A stretch of 63,076 nucleotides of DNA, the filler included, from Octopus bimaculoides (lineage: Eukaryota), in assembly GCF_001194135.2 (NCBI RefSeq). It is 5 parts of 3 records of this genome, joined end to end, with 100 filler letters (N's around TTAATTAATTAA, not from the genome) between each part and the next. Parts side by side here need not be neighbours in the genome. Positions count along the whole stretch, not along the records: positions 6,650 to 22,824 come from NC_068990.1; positions 22,925 to 43,622 come from NC_068986.1; 3 more parts are not named here. One strand, 5' to 3'. The position numbers and the translations under genes are program-made. The notes under the pieces were generated by a model. The model was not told the DNA's origin and searched no databases. It was given only the letters and a program-made list of their open reading frames with translations. Each line of letters opens with the position of its first letter. Position 1 is the first letter of the stretch. Shown here piece after piece: positions 11,872 to 24,310 of the stretch.

Positions 11872-13013
11872 ATTTAGATCTATCTGTGTATATAAAGATA
11901 TTATTGCTGATGCTCGTTCAACACCTCTTTCAATTAAATAAATGTAGTTATTCATGAAGAAATTATATTCTCAATTTCCACTCTCTTTCTCAATGTCATC
12001 AGTCTCTTCCCTTATCTCTCAATTGCTTGTTATCTCCGTCAATCTTCCCTCCCCGTTTCTCTCTCACTCTCTCTTACTTTTATATAATTGTAAGGAACAG
12101 GATCTTTTTATTATTTTTTTATAAAAGTATGACAGATAATTAGATTAAAATAGAAGATAAATAACATTATGCAGATTAGGTTTTGGCAATCTAGGGGACG
12201 CAGTGGAAATAAATAGAAGGAATTTAAAGAGTGGACGTTGCAACTAATTCTTTTTAAATTTTGTTTTACTCATAGAAATTAATATTGATTCGTTTTGTTC
12301 GGTTTTAGAAATATATTTTTAGATTACTTCAAAATAAATGAATGAGATATTAGTAGAAACACAGTCGAAGATTTTTATTGTTGCAACGAAATTCCTGTTT
12401 CACCGACTGAAATATGCACGTGATATGTTTCTGTATAATATGAATGATTATTATTATTGTATAACCGTAGGATAATTCTGGTCAATCAGCCCCAAAATAA
12501 GTAAAGTTCCATATAGAGTGTATCGAGAAATTCTTAAATTCATTATATCCTTCTTATTTGTTTTTAAGACGGTGTAGGGAGGTTTGAGTGAAATGTTGCT
12601 GTTATTTTTTCTCTGTCCAACAACTGCGTGGAGGGTCCAGTATTGGCTCCTTATTGTTTTTGGTTAGCTTTAAATTGATCTATGAAGAGCAAAATATTAA
12701 TGAAAGGCATCTCAACTGTCTCTATATACTTCAGATTGGCCTATTCGACTTCGTTTCGGATGTGACACAAGTACGTGATATTGTCAAACCACAGCTACGA
12801 CGAAATGTGTATCTGTGACTCTCGCAGTTGCTTCCGGAGCAATTTCGTTATCCCCAGCTCTAGAATATACACTGTTTTACTTAACACAATGCATCTATAA
12901 AGGGACATTTTGCGTACAAAAACTGTAACTTCTGGTTTCCAATGGCACACTTACGCTGAGAATATTATATAGCTGTGGTTATTCGTTTTTTTCCTTGAGA
13001 AACTGCGTATCTA

Positions 13014-13388
13014 CAGGGTGTCCACAAAGTCTGGGTACATGGTACATGCTTTAAGAAATTATTATTTCTTATATTTGATTGTTTATGTTATGATTTTATT
13101 TACTCCATGTACCGACATGGGGATTAACACATACTTTAAGAAATTATTATTTCTTATATTTGATTGTTTACGTTATGATTTTATTTACTCCATGTACCCA
13201 CATGGAGATTAACACATACTTTAAGAAATTATTATTTCTTATATTTAATTGTTTACGTTATGATTTTATTTACTCCATGTACCCACATGGGGATTAACAC
13301 ATACTTTAAGAAATTATTATTTCTTATATTTGATTGTTTATGTTATGATCTTATCTATTCCATGTACCCAGACTTTGTGGACACCATG
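13014..13388. mobile_element. Tc1/mariner MITE with an internal 85-bp tandem array
   Basis: TIRs CAGGGTGTCCACAAAGTCTGGGTACATGG / CCATGTACCCAGACTTTGTGGACACCATG; TA on both sides; repeat anchors at 13049, 13134, 13219 and 13304. Confidence 0.9.
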
Positions 13389-13847
13389 TAGAACTACACT
13401 TTTCGTGGCATTCCTGAGTAAGAAAATGAAAGAAGGAGCTTTGAGAGAGATCCGTCTGCGAAGATAATCCCTCTTTTGTCCGCAATAAAGTACGGTTTGG
13501 CACACAATAGCAATCACACACCACACACGAGTAGTAGAACTCAGATCAATAGCCACGTTGAAAGCTGATCAAAGGGATCTAACTAATCTATTCTTCAAAG
13601 TTGAGCACTGTTAATTCGCGGGGGTAGAAGGGTTAGCAAAGCTGACGAAATAAATCTTTAATTATTCATGTATTACTTAAACAAATTTAATTAGAGCTCG
13701 TACGTATTCATAGTTCCTAACGATAACTATGTTGAATAATCCAGTTGTAATTAAATATTGAATCTAGCAGCGGGATACAAATGTTGACGCATTGCTTGAG
13801 GCTTTGAGGTATTGGTGACTTCAGTTTGCATTCTGGTGTGGCTGTGA

Positions 13848-13918
<71 letters not shown>

Positions 13919-15198
13919 NNNNNNNNNNNNNNNNNNNNNNNNNNNNNNNNNNNNNNNNNNNNNNNNNNNNNNNNNNNNNNNNNNNNNNNNNNNNNNNNNN
14001 NNNNNNNNNNNNNNNNNNNNNNNNNNNNNNNNNNNNNNNNNNNNNNNACACACACACACACACACACACACATACACACACACACACTCACACACACACA
14101 CACACACACTCACACACACACAAATACACACAATCCAAGATTGAAGCAGTTTGACTTTTCTCTTTAGCTGCCATTATGAATAAATTTCACAAATAATGTT
14201 GCATCTCGTTTATTCTTTTCTAAAACATCGGTGCCTCTGTTCATAGACAAAATGTAATGTTCCTGTAGCCAGACTGCTTTCTTTATTCAAGTTCGTATGA
14301 TTCTCTTTGGTAAATCGATTTGCTCGATGGAAAAGTAAACTCTATACAATAAAGACTAAGATTAAAGCATGTTATAGAGGAAATACCGGAAACAAATCAA
14401 CTATTAAAGGTAATTATAGGTTTCTTTTATACAACTCCCTTTTATCTACACACCTATATACGTTAAAGCATAGTATTACACCAACAGAGACATGCATATA
14501 TACATAATCAGAGATAGATCGAGCAAGAGAACTATCAATACATAAACATCTTTTCATAGACGCAGACATATCGGCATAATTATTTACATTACACCAAACA
14601 CAATGCGAAGCGTGAATATTCAATGTGCATACATGCATACGTACATGCATGCATACATACATACATACATATATACATACATAGAGACATATATACATAC
14701 ATACATACATACATACATGCATACGTACGTACATACAAATAAATATGTATATATAAATATATACATATATATATATGTACATAAAAGTATATNNNNNNNN
14801 NNNNNNNNNNNNNNNNNNNNNNNNNNNNNNNNNNNNATATATATATATATATATATACATACACACAAATACACACACATATACATATATGTATATATAT
14901 TTGTAAAATATACACACACATATACTTACCTGCATATAGTTATTCTTTAAATCATTATGAGATGTATACACACTGTGTGTTTTATGTATCTGGTCTTGTG
15001 TTTGCGCGCGCGTCTGTGTAGAATAACTGCAATCAGAATTGCTCATCGAATATTGGACTTCACATAATTTTGAGAAAGTGCTCTTTATACTCTTCGACAG
15101 ACGCGCTCCATAATCTGGAAGACTGACGAATAAATGTATGTATGTGTATGTATATATGTATGCACCACACATGCACGCGCACACACGCACACACGCAC

Positions 15199-15229
<31 letters not shown>

Positions 15230-15294
15230 AATACACACACAGACATTTACATATAAATCTATATTTGTGTGTGTGTGTATGTAGGAATTTTGTT

Positions 15295-15700
15295 TTGCAA
15301 CGATGTGGTTCCGGGTTCATTCTCAATGCACAGTACCTTGGGCAAGTGTCTTCTGCTACAATCTCGGATCGACCAAAGCCCAGGACTTATCCTTTGGAAG
15401 CCTAGTACTTATTCTATCGGTCTTTTTTGTCGAACCGCTATGTTACGGGGGCGTAAACACACCAGCATCGGTTGTCAAGCGATGTTGGGGGGACAAACAT
15501 AGACACAGAAACATATACACACACATACATATATATATACATATATATGACAGGCTTCTTTCAGTTTCCGTCTACCGAATTCACTCACAAGGCTTTGGTC
15601 GCCCAGAAGCTATGGTAGAAGACACTTGCCCAAGGTGCTACGCAGTGGGAATGAACCCGGAACCTTATGGTTGGTAAGCATGGCCGCAGTCATATCACTG
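15295..15700. mobile_element. Rearranged SINE-B (plus head, minus body, plus tail)
   Basis: Segment orientation compared with 21545-21930. Confidence 0.7.
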
Positions 15701-17200
15701 AAACGTGTAAAGATTTCTTGGCTTTCTGTGAATCGATTGTGATAAAACTTTTCTCAGCTGGTTTGCACACTATGAGAACACTATTGTCATGTTTTCATTA
15801 ATCTGTATAACGTACTGTCATTTTATATTTCAGATTCTTTAGGTTTTGCGTGAACCACGCTAATAGCGTCCCTCGTCCCTAAGAACAATGAGACGTGGAA
15901 AAGCCCTAAACGTTGAAGAACATTTTGTCATCAAGGAAAGTGCTAAAGACACCCCTCTTCATGTCTCTGCAGAGACGTTAGCTCGTCATATAGACACAGT
16001 TAGACGATTCCTGAAGGATCCTTCACCAAAGAAGAAATGATCCGATTGTAGGACCTCTAAGACTGTGAAAGCTAGGGATTTAAGGAATATTGGCTGCAAG
16101 TTATGTGGGAAAGTTGGACAAACAAGCGACGTCATTTTCACCGCCTCCGGACTTCGTCATGTATTGGAAACCATCAGAAATCGCATCCTGGGGACCATGG
16201 CTTCTGTGCGAGAAACCCTGAAACTGTCTCCTTTAAACCCCGGTCACAGGAGTGTGTGGCTTCAATGGGTCCAAAAGTACACGAATTGTGTTCTCTTCAC
16301 TGAATTGTGTTATGCTCACTGACGCAAACAGGGCGACGCTTGACGGACCTGACGGTTGCGCAAATGGTTGGTTCTATTTTGGAGATGAGCGTCACCAACG
16401 ACGTCAGCAAGGTGGAGGGATCATGTTGTGGGCTCGTTTCATTGGGGACAGACCTATTGTGCCTGAAGGGGTGAAAGTGACCGCAGCCGCCTACTTCAAT
16501 CTCCTGAAGGATGTCTTGGATCCCTGGCTAGATGATATACCACTCTCACTTCTAAGGAATCGTGTATTCATGCATGACAAAGTTGCCTCCCACTCTGCTA
16601 GGACCGCCCAAGCATTATTAGGGTCTTACGACATACAAGGTGAAAGGCTGATGGTGTGGCCACTAACATCTCCGGATCTCAGCCCTATCGAAAATTTTTG
16701 GTCCATCATTAAACAAGATGTTTATGTCGATGGACGCCAATTTACGTCGAAAGATGTCTTATAAGTGACCAAAGCTGCAGCAGAGGCAGTCGAACCTGCT
16801 ACTATTAAAAAGTTGACAGATTCCATGACTGATAGGGCTTTTTAAGATCTCCGTCGAAATGGCGCATATGTGGCTAAATAATTCATTATGTCAATAAATG
16901 TCATGATATTATTACGGTTTTCTGTTAAATATATATTCAATGTATGCTTAATATGTATCCTTACCCTTCATTTTTCGGAAAAAATGTCTAGACGGGCTAT
17001 TTTCATTCAAAAGTTGCTAGTGTAGACTACCCCAAAACTGTAGAGTCTGAAATAAAAAAGAAAGTATGTTACACAGAACAATGAAAACATAACGATGGTG
17101 TTGACATAGTGTGCAAATCAGCTGGGAAAAGTTTTATCAAAATCGATTCTCAAAAGACCAAGAAATCCCTACACGTTTCAGTCATAATCCAGTTTACATA
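15697..17200 (+). mobile_element. Tc1-like DD37E (TRT-like) transposon, near full length, inactivated
   Basis: ATG near 15888 (MRRGKAL...), then TDANRATLDGPDG, RRQQGGGIMLWA, FMHD...WPLTSPDLSPIENFW with 37 residues between the second D and the E. Stops and frameshifts present. Inverted repeats of about 130-140 bp at about 15697-15825 and 17060-17200. Confidence 0.9.
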
Positions 17201-17330
17201 TGCTTCCTAGCTGGCAGATGCTCGGAATTAATAATATCTATCACGGATTGCTCGAAGCTTACTAACTTCCAGCACCTCACATCAAGGGGCTTCTAGCAGC
17301 TGAAATTTGAATTAGAACGGGCTTGTCCCG

Positions 17331-17398
<68 letters not shown>

Positions 17399-17463
17399 NN
17401 NNNNNNNNNNNNNNNNNNNNNNNNNNNNNNNNNNNNNNNNNNNNNNNNNNNNNNNNNNNNNNN

Positions 17464-17513
<50 letters not shown>

Positions 17514-17821
17514 TGCATGTATGTGTGTATGCATAAGATGAGATAATTGAAATTAGTAGTTTGGTCATCAATTATGATGGCGATACTTCAGCAATTTATC
17601 CCTTGATGGCATTTTGAATGCAATACTAAATTTGTGCTTACAGAAAGTATTATACGTGATTTCGATAAATAGTTAATCACAATTTGGGCTCCTTTGGTAT
17701 TAATTCGTTTTATTAAATACCGGCCATCAACGTTAGGAGATAATACAAATTTCTTTCCAATATTAATACCAACTTTTATTTATTTATAGGAAGTTACGCA
17801 TTTCATTTATTCGCGAGTTGA

Positions 17822-17871
<50 letters not shown>

Positions 17872-18789
17872 CAGTATATATATATATATTGAGTGTGTGT
17901 GTATATAGCAATATATAAGAAAATAAGTATGCGGGCTTTATATATGTATTTATTTGTAGAATGTGTGCATATGTAGTTCTTTGTGTAATGTATTTATATA
18001 TACATAATGGGAAAGTGTGCGCGCGTGCTGGAAAAATTTTATGCCTTCTTTGCGTGCTAGATATTTAATTAATCTATGGACGTTGTCAAGATATGAGTCA
18101 CCTATGCTGCGTTATTTGCTTCTATATTCTTTCCTTTCGCTATCATTCTGTCGTTTTCAAATTTATAACTGAAGAATTTGATGTTTGTTTTATTTCTTAT
18201 TACGGGAATATTATATATATCTTATCAATTTCTGATTATTTATGTTCTCACCTGCTGCGTTTAACGCGAGTCGTTGCTCTCTACAATTTTGTTTTATCAA
18301 TTAGAATTGGCGAAATGAAATTCTCTCATCTTTTCCTTCCACAAGAACCACCAGACTATTTTGTTACTTAATTTTATATTAAATTTAAGTCAAAATTACA
18401 TTTCGACTTTCCATTATATATTCCAAAAAAAAAAAACAAAAAAAAAACTAAACAACACAAAAGATGAAACAAAATGTTGATGAGATTTTCTCGAAAAGTA
18501 GAACGTTTTAATTTTGTCATAGATATATAAACGGTCGGACAAGCCAGGAAAATCATTATGACAATATGATCCGATAAGATGTTTTTATGAGAACGTTAGT
18601 AAATATATCTTTAACTTTATTTAACCCCTGTCCCTACCACAGGCAATGTATTTATGTTTGATTTTCATACAATTTAACATATCGTTGCAGGTATATTTCA
18701 TTTAAAAAAATGATGTGAGAAACTTTTATTCGATGTCAAGATTCGTTGAATATTAAATAGATTTATATTTAAACCAGCATTTCTAAAAT

Positions 18790-19015
18790 TGGTTTAAACA
18801 TTCTATCGTCATCGGCCATGTTTCTTCCCTGCGTTCAAGCTTGCCAATACCCTCTTTTCCATGTGTTGTGTTGCAGGCCTACAATCAGCAAACCTCATAT
18901 TTCCGATCCATTCTTTGTAGTTGTCCATTCATAAACGTTTTTGATGCTTTCCTGTTCTCACTCCCTCTGCACTTCCTGTCAGGACGACTCGTGATGCAAT
19001 GTATGTCCAAAATAA
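18790..19015 (-). mobile_element. RTE-like LINE 3' fragment, degenerate
   Basis: Translates to RVVLTGSAEGVRTGKHQKRL*MDNYKEWIG, similar to the RTE C-terminal GxxEGxRxRGRxxxxWxDNIKEW region. Confidence 0.55.
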
Positions 19016-19059
19016 GACAGCTTTGTGAACTTGATTCGTGACTTTAAGTGCCTTTGGAC

Positions 19060-19440
19060 TTTCAGGTCTTCTAGTACATTTCCGACTGTTCTTCTGACAC
19101 ATAGAGATCTTTTTCAATTGACCGCATGGATTATCTGGGAATGTAATCAATGGTCTGTTGAACTTGCTAGATAAATTCAAGTGTTCTGATGATTTCAGAG
19201 CATTTAGAATACTTTTTGTGGTTTGATACTGGTGATACGCTTCCATCTTCAGTCTCTAACTCCTTACAAACTCTGTAGACGAAAGATCTGGCAACTTTTA
19301 AAAATCGGGATATTTCTAAATCGCTATGCTCAGCCATTATAACCATAATAACAGCATGCCTCTTCATTTCTTGAGTAAGCTGAGGGTCTGCCGTTATTAT
19401 TTTCTGAAACAAAGATTACTCAGAGCAAATACCTTACGCA
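19060..19440 (-). mobile_element. Tc1/mariner transposase N-terminal relic
   Basis: MKRHAVIMVIMAEHSDLEISRFLKVARSFVYRVCKELE...EFI*QVQQTID; paired-like HTH region. Confidence 0.75.
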
Positions 19441-19605
19441 CCCTGTTCTTACGAATTTCACTGGACTCTTCCTTTGATGAAAAATCGCTCGAATATAACA
19501 CAACGTTTGAACTTTTTTGAACTTAGTTTTTTTTCCTGTCGCCATGCTTGATCGCTAAGTCTACAAGATTTTTTAATTCTCTTTCTGTTTTTTTTTCTCT
19601 AATTC

Positions 19606-19641
19606 CTTTCTGTTGAAGAGCGTAGGCTCGAAACGTAAAAG
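19606..19641 (+). ncRNA. Minimal hammerhead-like motif with a variant core, inside a repeat
   Basis: CTTT/AAAG stem I; CTGTTGA core (A6 changed to U) plus an extra A; GAGC-GTAG-GCTC stem II; GAAACGTA with palindromic ACGT stem III. Confidence 0.5.
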
Positions 19642-19708
19642 ACGTTCTCACTTTCCCGAGCGTCAATCTAATACACCTGTCTTCGTCTTTTATTTTTCTG
19701 AAAATTTC

Positions 19709-19770
<62 letters not shown>

Positions 19771-19859
19771 GTGTATACATACACATATATATGCATATAA
19801 GCATGCACACATACACATACGTAGACATACACGTACTTGCGCACGCGCGCACACACACA

Positions 19860-20010
19860 CACAAGACACAGTTTTTGTCTATCAGCTTCACTCACACGAC
19901 TTTGGTTTATCTAAGGTTACGGCAGAGTACACTTGTTCAAGGTGCTGCGTTGTTGAGCTGAATCCGAAACCATGTGGCTGCAAAGCTAGCTTCCTAATCT
20001 CGCACCCATG
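19860..20010 (-). mobile_element. SINE-B 5' fragment, degenerate
   Basis: CACTCACACGACTTTGG...CTTGTTCAAGGTGC...CCGAAACCATGTGG. Confidence 0.65.
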
Positions 20011-20429
20011 TTTCGCAAAAATTGTTTTTATGTTCTAATGCATAACTTTCACGTTTAATTTCCGATATTACATCTGCAGCGATTGTATCTTATTGCTGTA
20101 TTTGAAAGCACCAATTGCAGAAATTTAATCTATTTTGCTGATATTTCAAAACTTAATCACAATTGAGTACTCGGTCATCTTGTCAGGAATGATTAAAACG
20201 ACTATGAAAACAATCACTCAATTATATTATTACATTGATTGTTAACACCACGAAAGATTTCATTGTTTTGATGTAGAAAATGGAAACAATAAATCACTCT
20301 TTATTTATACCGAAATATTTTACCCATTCATAAAGACTATGTATGGGTTTAAAGCAAAATATTTATAACATTAGATATATAAAACTAGGGACACTACCGC
20401 ATCGAAATAATCTAATAACATATCTAATA

Positions 20430-21010
20430 CTATACGACTTGATACTTAAGCTGCGATTCAAGCATTCAAATGTAGATGTGATAGACTTCAACTTTGCGAC
20501 GGCCTTCGATAAAGTGATCGCAGACGATATGCCACAAACTGCTTGGTTTTGGAAAAATCGGTGAACCAGAAGAATGGCTGTATGAAGTTTTCAAAGGCCG
20601 ACAGTGGTTTTTTCAAGGAAACATCAAGGAAACATCAATTCTAAGTGCAGTCTTTCAAGGAACAGGAACGACTGCTGCTTGTGGAGGTTTCTCTCAGGCA
20701 AGCCCTCGGTCGTTGTCAGCCACTTGTAGCACCAGCGCTCATATTACAAACTTATCACAGAGAGTCAAGGATTTTGAAAATAAGAACATTTTCGCGAGAA
20801 TTAAACACAATATGTTAGAAAGCTGAAGAAAAGGATATTCTGTCCGATATTAGAAAATTTGGAACTCTCCGCTACCACCCTACAAGCAAATCACAACCAG
20901 AATACACAAGACCATCGGATATTACAATCTTTCTGTCAAAATCAGTATTCTAAGAATTAATGTGAGTAGTGATGCATCATTCCATATGCATGGTACTGAG
21001 ATGTCAATAA
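20430..21010 (+). mobile_element. CR1-like LINE RT relic, heavily deleted
   Basis: NVDVIDFNFATAFDKV (similar to DVIYLDFAKAFDKV), WLYEVF, SAVFQGT (similar to SGVPQGT). Confidence 0.55.
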
Positions 21011-21544
21011 AGTGCAAGCAAGTGGCTGGTTAGATTCTGAAATGTTTGAGGACGAGGGAAAAAGAAACCATATTGGTTCTTTTCATAACGTTTGTTCTCA
21101 GTCGCTTTGACTAACGTTCCCAATTATGGTCACCGTATAGCAGCAAACTAACAGCAGAGGTTAAGACAAACAAACACTCTTACACTGAGTAGATTGCCTG
21201 AAGGCAACAGATGAGCCACTGGGTGAGGCCAGAACAACTGGGTTCTATTTCCAGGAGCCAAGATGTGAAAAACATGTATTGATATTATATTCATAGTAAG
21301 ATGCAGGAGTGTCTAGAGCTAAATACTGGGATTAAAAGATATGGCAGCTTTCGAATTGGATGCCACTGCAGTACCAAACAACCCAATTCTCTTTCCATTT
21401 GGACGAATGGTTATCAACCATTTTTTTTTTACCTAAAGACAATTTTGCTTCCTCTCTTACTCTACAAGACCCTCATAGCCATTTGATGTGTACAAAGACC
21501 GTCCAACTGCATTTTTATTATGAAGTGTTTTATTCATTTTTCTT

Positions 21545-21930
21545 TTATTCTTTTACTTGTTTCAGTCATTTGACTGCGGCCATGCTGGATCACAACCTTT
21601 TAGTCGAGCAAATCGACACCAGGATTTATTCTTTGTAAGCCTAGTACTTATTCTATCGGTCTCTTTTTGTCGAACAGCTAAGTTACGGGGACGTACACAC
21701 ACCAGCATCGGAATTCAAGCGATGTTGGGGGGGGACACAAACACAGACATACAACACACACACACACACACACACATACATATACATATATACGACGGGA
21801 TTCTTTCAGTTTCCGTCTACCAGATCCACTCACAAGGCTTTGGTCGGCCCTAGGCTATGGTAGAAGACACATGCCCAAAGTGCCACGCAGTGTGACCGAA
21901 CCCGGAACCATGTGGTTGGTAAGCAAGCAC
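21545..21930 (-). mobile_element. SINE-B, near full length
   Basis: On the minus strand: tRNA-like head GGTTCCGGGTTCGGTC, CORE-like GCACTTTGGGCATGTGTCTTCT, internal (TG)n, tail CATGGCCGCAGTCAAATGACTGAAAC. Confidence 0.85.
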
Positions 21931-22535
21931 ATAAATATTAGCAACAAAATCTTACGTAGACCTCTGACAGTCAAATGGAACTTCGTTGAGAAACACTGTT
22001 CTAAAGTAACAATTGGATAAAGTAAAATTTTTAGCTGAAAGGCCCAAAGAATTTTAATACTTTGTTGAAACCTCAATTGATATGCATGACGTAGAGACGC
22101 ACGTGTTTACGAAAATTCTTCGATGGAATTTTATCTGAGATCCTAGAAGAGTCTACGTCAAGGGAAGAAAGAGAAATTGAGAGCAGCATTATCAAACTTC
22201 AACAAGGGAAGGTCGTTTAAATCAAGTAAATTAAAATTCACGTCGATGGCGCTACCGCGGCAAAGGCAGAACCGCTGGATAGAAAAGGTAAACGACAGTA
22301 AAAGAGTAAAAAACACAGTCACACATGCACACACAAACACACACATACACACAAACACACGCGCACACACTCACACACGCGCGTGCGCGATGTTAGGAAG
22401 GTAGATACGTGGAACTTCAGTCTACAATTGAGCGAATCAGCAGTCAATACTCTCAGGTAGAGAGGAATAATGTTTTTAATTAAAAATTTCACCTTCAGAT
22501 AAGCCCAAACGCCTATCTGTCTGTCGATGCACTAA

Positions 22536-22583
<48 letters not shown>

Positions 22584-22720
22584 GTGTATACATACATAAA
22601 TACATACACACACAGATATATATATATATATATATGTATGTATATATACATACAAACACACACATATATACGTATATATATATATACACATATATATTCA
22701 TATAACTATATACATATATG

Positions 22721-22754
<34 letters not shown>

Positions 22755-22784
22755 CGCATATATATATAGTATATATATATATAG

Positions 22785-22816
<32 letters not shown>

Positions 22817-23574
22817 TGTATATANNNNNNNNNNNNNNNNNNNNNNNNNNNNNNNNNNNNNNNNNNNNTTAATTAATTAANNNNNNNNNNNNNNNNNNNN
22901 NNNNNNNNNNNNNNNNNNNNNNNNTATATATATATATATATATGTATGTATATCCTTAATATCTGTGTGTATAAAAGCATGTATGTGTGTGCTCGCATGC
23001 GCATGCAATATTGGAATTTGTCGTCCCTATCGCCAAATATAAGAAATTTATATTTGATAGCCGAACTCTGAAAAACTAATTCCCAAATTTCAAACCCCAA
23101 TTCCTTATATCAGTATCGCTCTGTCTATCTTGCTCAACACAGCATATATTCAGATACCGAGGTTATTTCTTCTTACCTATCTCCCCACTCTCGTTCTGCT
23201 TCCTTCTATTGTCCTTGCTTCTCCCCTTCACTGCTATACATATCTCTCTCTTACTCTTCCTTCCTGTCTCTCATCGCTCACCTTTGTTCCACTTCCTCCC
23301 TTTTCCTCTCTCTGCCACTCTTCGTTGATCACATGTGACCTGGGGTCACCTCTTCCATTCTTCCTTCGGCCAGCGTAAAGGCAAGACGAGCTACTGTCTC
23401 TCTCCGTTCAGGTTCGTCACATCACAGCGTTCAGTATCTCATCGCGTTCAGCATAACGGCCCTTTATGCTGTTTTCACTGTTTAATTTTTCCTGTCTTGG
23501 TTTTTGATTGCTACTTTCGAACCCTCTGCTTAGCAGGTTAATTCACTACGCAGGAAGAGCTATTCTAAGAGCGC

Positions 23575-23760
23575 GTTCTGCATCATCTTCGAAACGCCTA
23601 GTTTAGAATAGAGGCAGCTGATGAAGGAAAAGTTCCATAAGTGGCTCGTCTGTTTTCCGATGTGTTCATTCTGTTGTCCGTAGAAAAAGTTCGTTTTTTG
23701 TGCCTTGTTTATGTTCCCGTTCCTTTTTTGACGTCCTGTACCCGGATATGCATCTATATA
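23575..23760 (+). repeat. Dispersed repeat, possibly Penelope-derived; second copy inverted at about 40810-41003
   Basis: About 180 bp of clear similarity between the two loci, including TCTTCGAAACGCCTAG and CAGCTGATGAAGGAAAAGTTCC. Confidence 0.75.
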
Positions 23761-23965
23761 TACATGTAGATGTTGGTATGTACATATATGTATGTATACA
23801 TGCATATGCTCATATATCATTTGTATTCATATATTATTTCGTGGTGTTGTGAACATAGAGCAAACGAGGAATATTTTACCAGACTTTAAAAAAATATGAC
23901 AGTGCTTTCTCTTGAAAAGACAATATATACGTGATATATTTACAATAGTAATATTGAGTGAAGGT

Positions 23966-24310
23966 TCATGGCTCAGTGGTTAGAGGGTCGGGCTCATAAT
24001 CATGAGGTGCTGAGATCAATTCCCTGACCCAGTTGTGTGTTGTGCTCTTGTCTTCAGCAAGACACTTCATTTCACGTTGCTGTAGTTCACTCAACTGTAG
24101 AAGATCAGTTACCACATCACTGGTGCCAAGCTGTATCGGCATTTGCCTTTCCCTTGGAGAACATCGGTGGTGTTGAGAGGGGAGGCTGGTATGCACGGAC
24201 GACTGCTAGTCTTCTATAAACAACCTGGATCGGACTTATGCTTCGGAGGGGGACTTTCTAGGTGCATTCCCATAGCCCTTCATGACAGAAGGGTGTCTTT
24301 ACCCTTTAGT
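23966..24310 (+). mobile_element. SINE-C, tRNA-headed (CAT anticodon-like loop)
   Basis: TGGCTCAGTGG A box, CTCATAA loop, degenerate B box, GCAAGACACTTCATTTCACGTTGCT core. Confidence 0.75.

Noticed and set aside
11958-12012. Minus-strand CTGATGA...GAAA...ATA with stems II and III
   Set aside because: Stem I does not pair and the 10.1 position is C rather than G; probably a chance match
13014-13388. Regularly spaced repeats resembling a CRISPR array (also 55199-55460)
   Set aside because: The units are contiguous tandem copies with no unique spacers; the context is eukaryotic with no cas genes
23966-24040. tRNA-Met/Ile-like sequence (also the heads at 31979 and 48960)
   Set aside because: Degenerate cloverleaf that continues into a SINE body; not a tRNA gene
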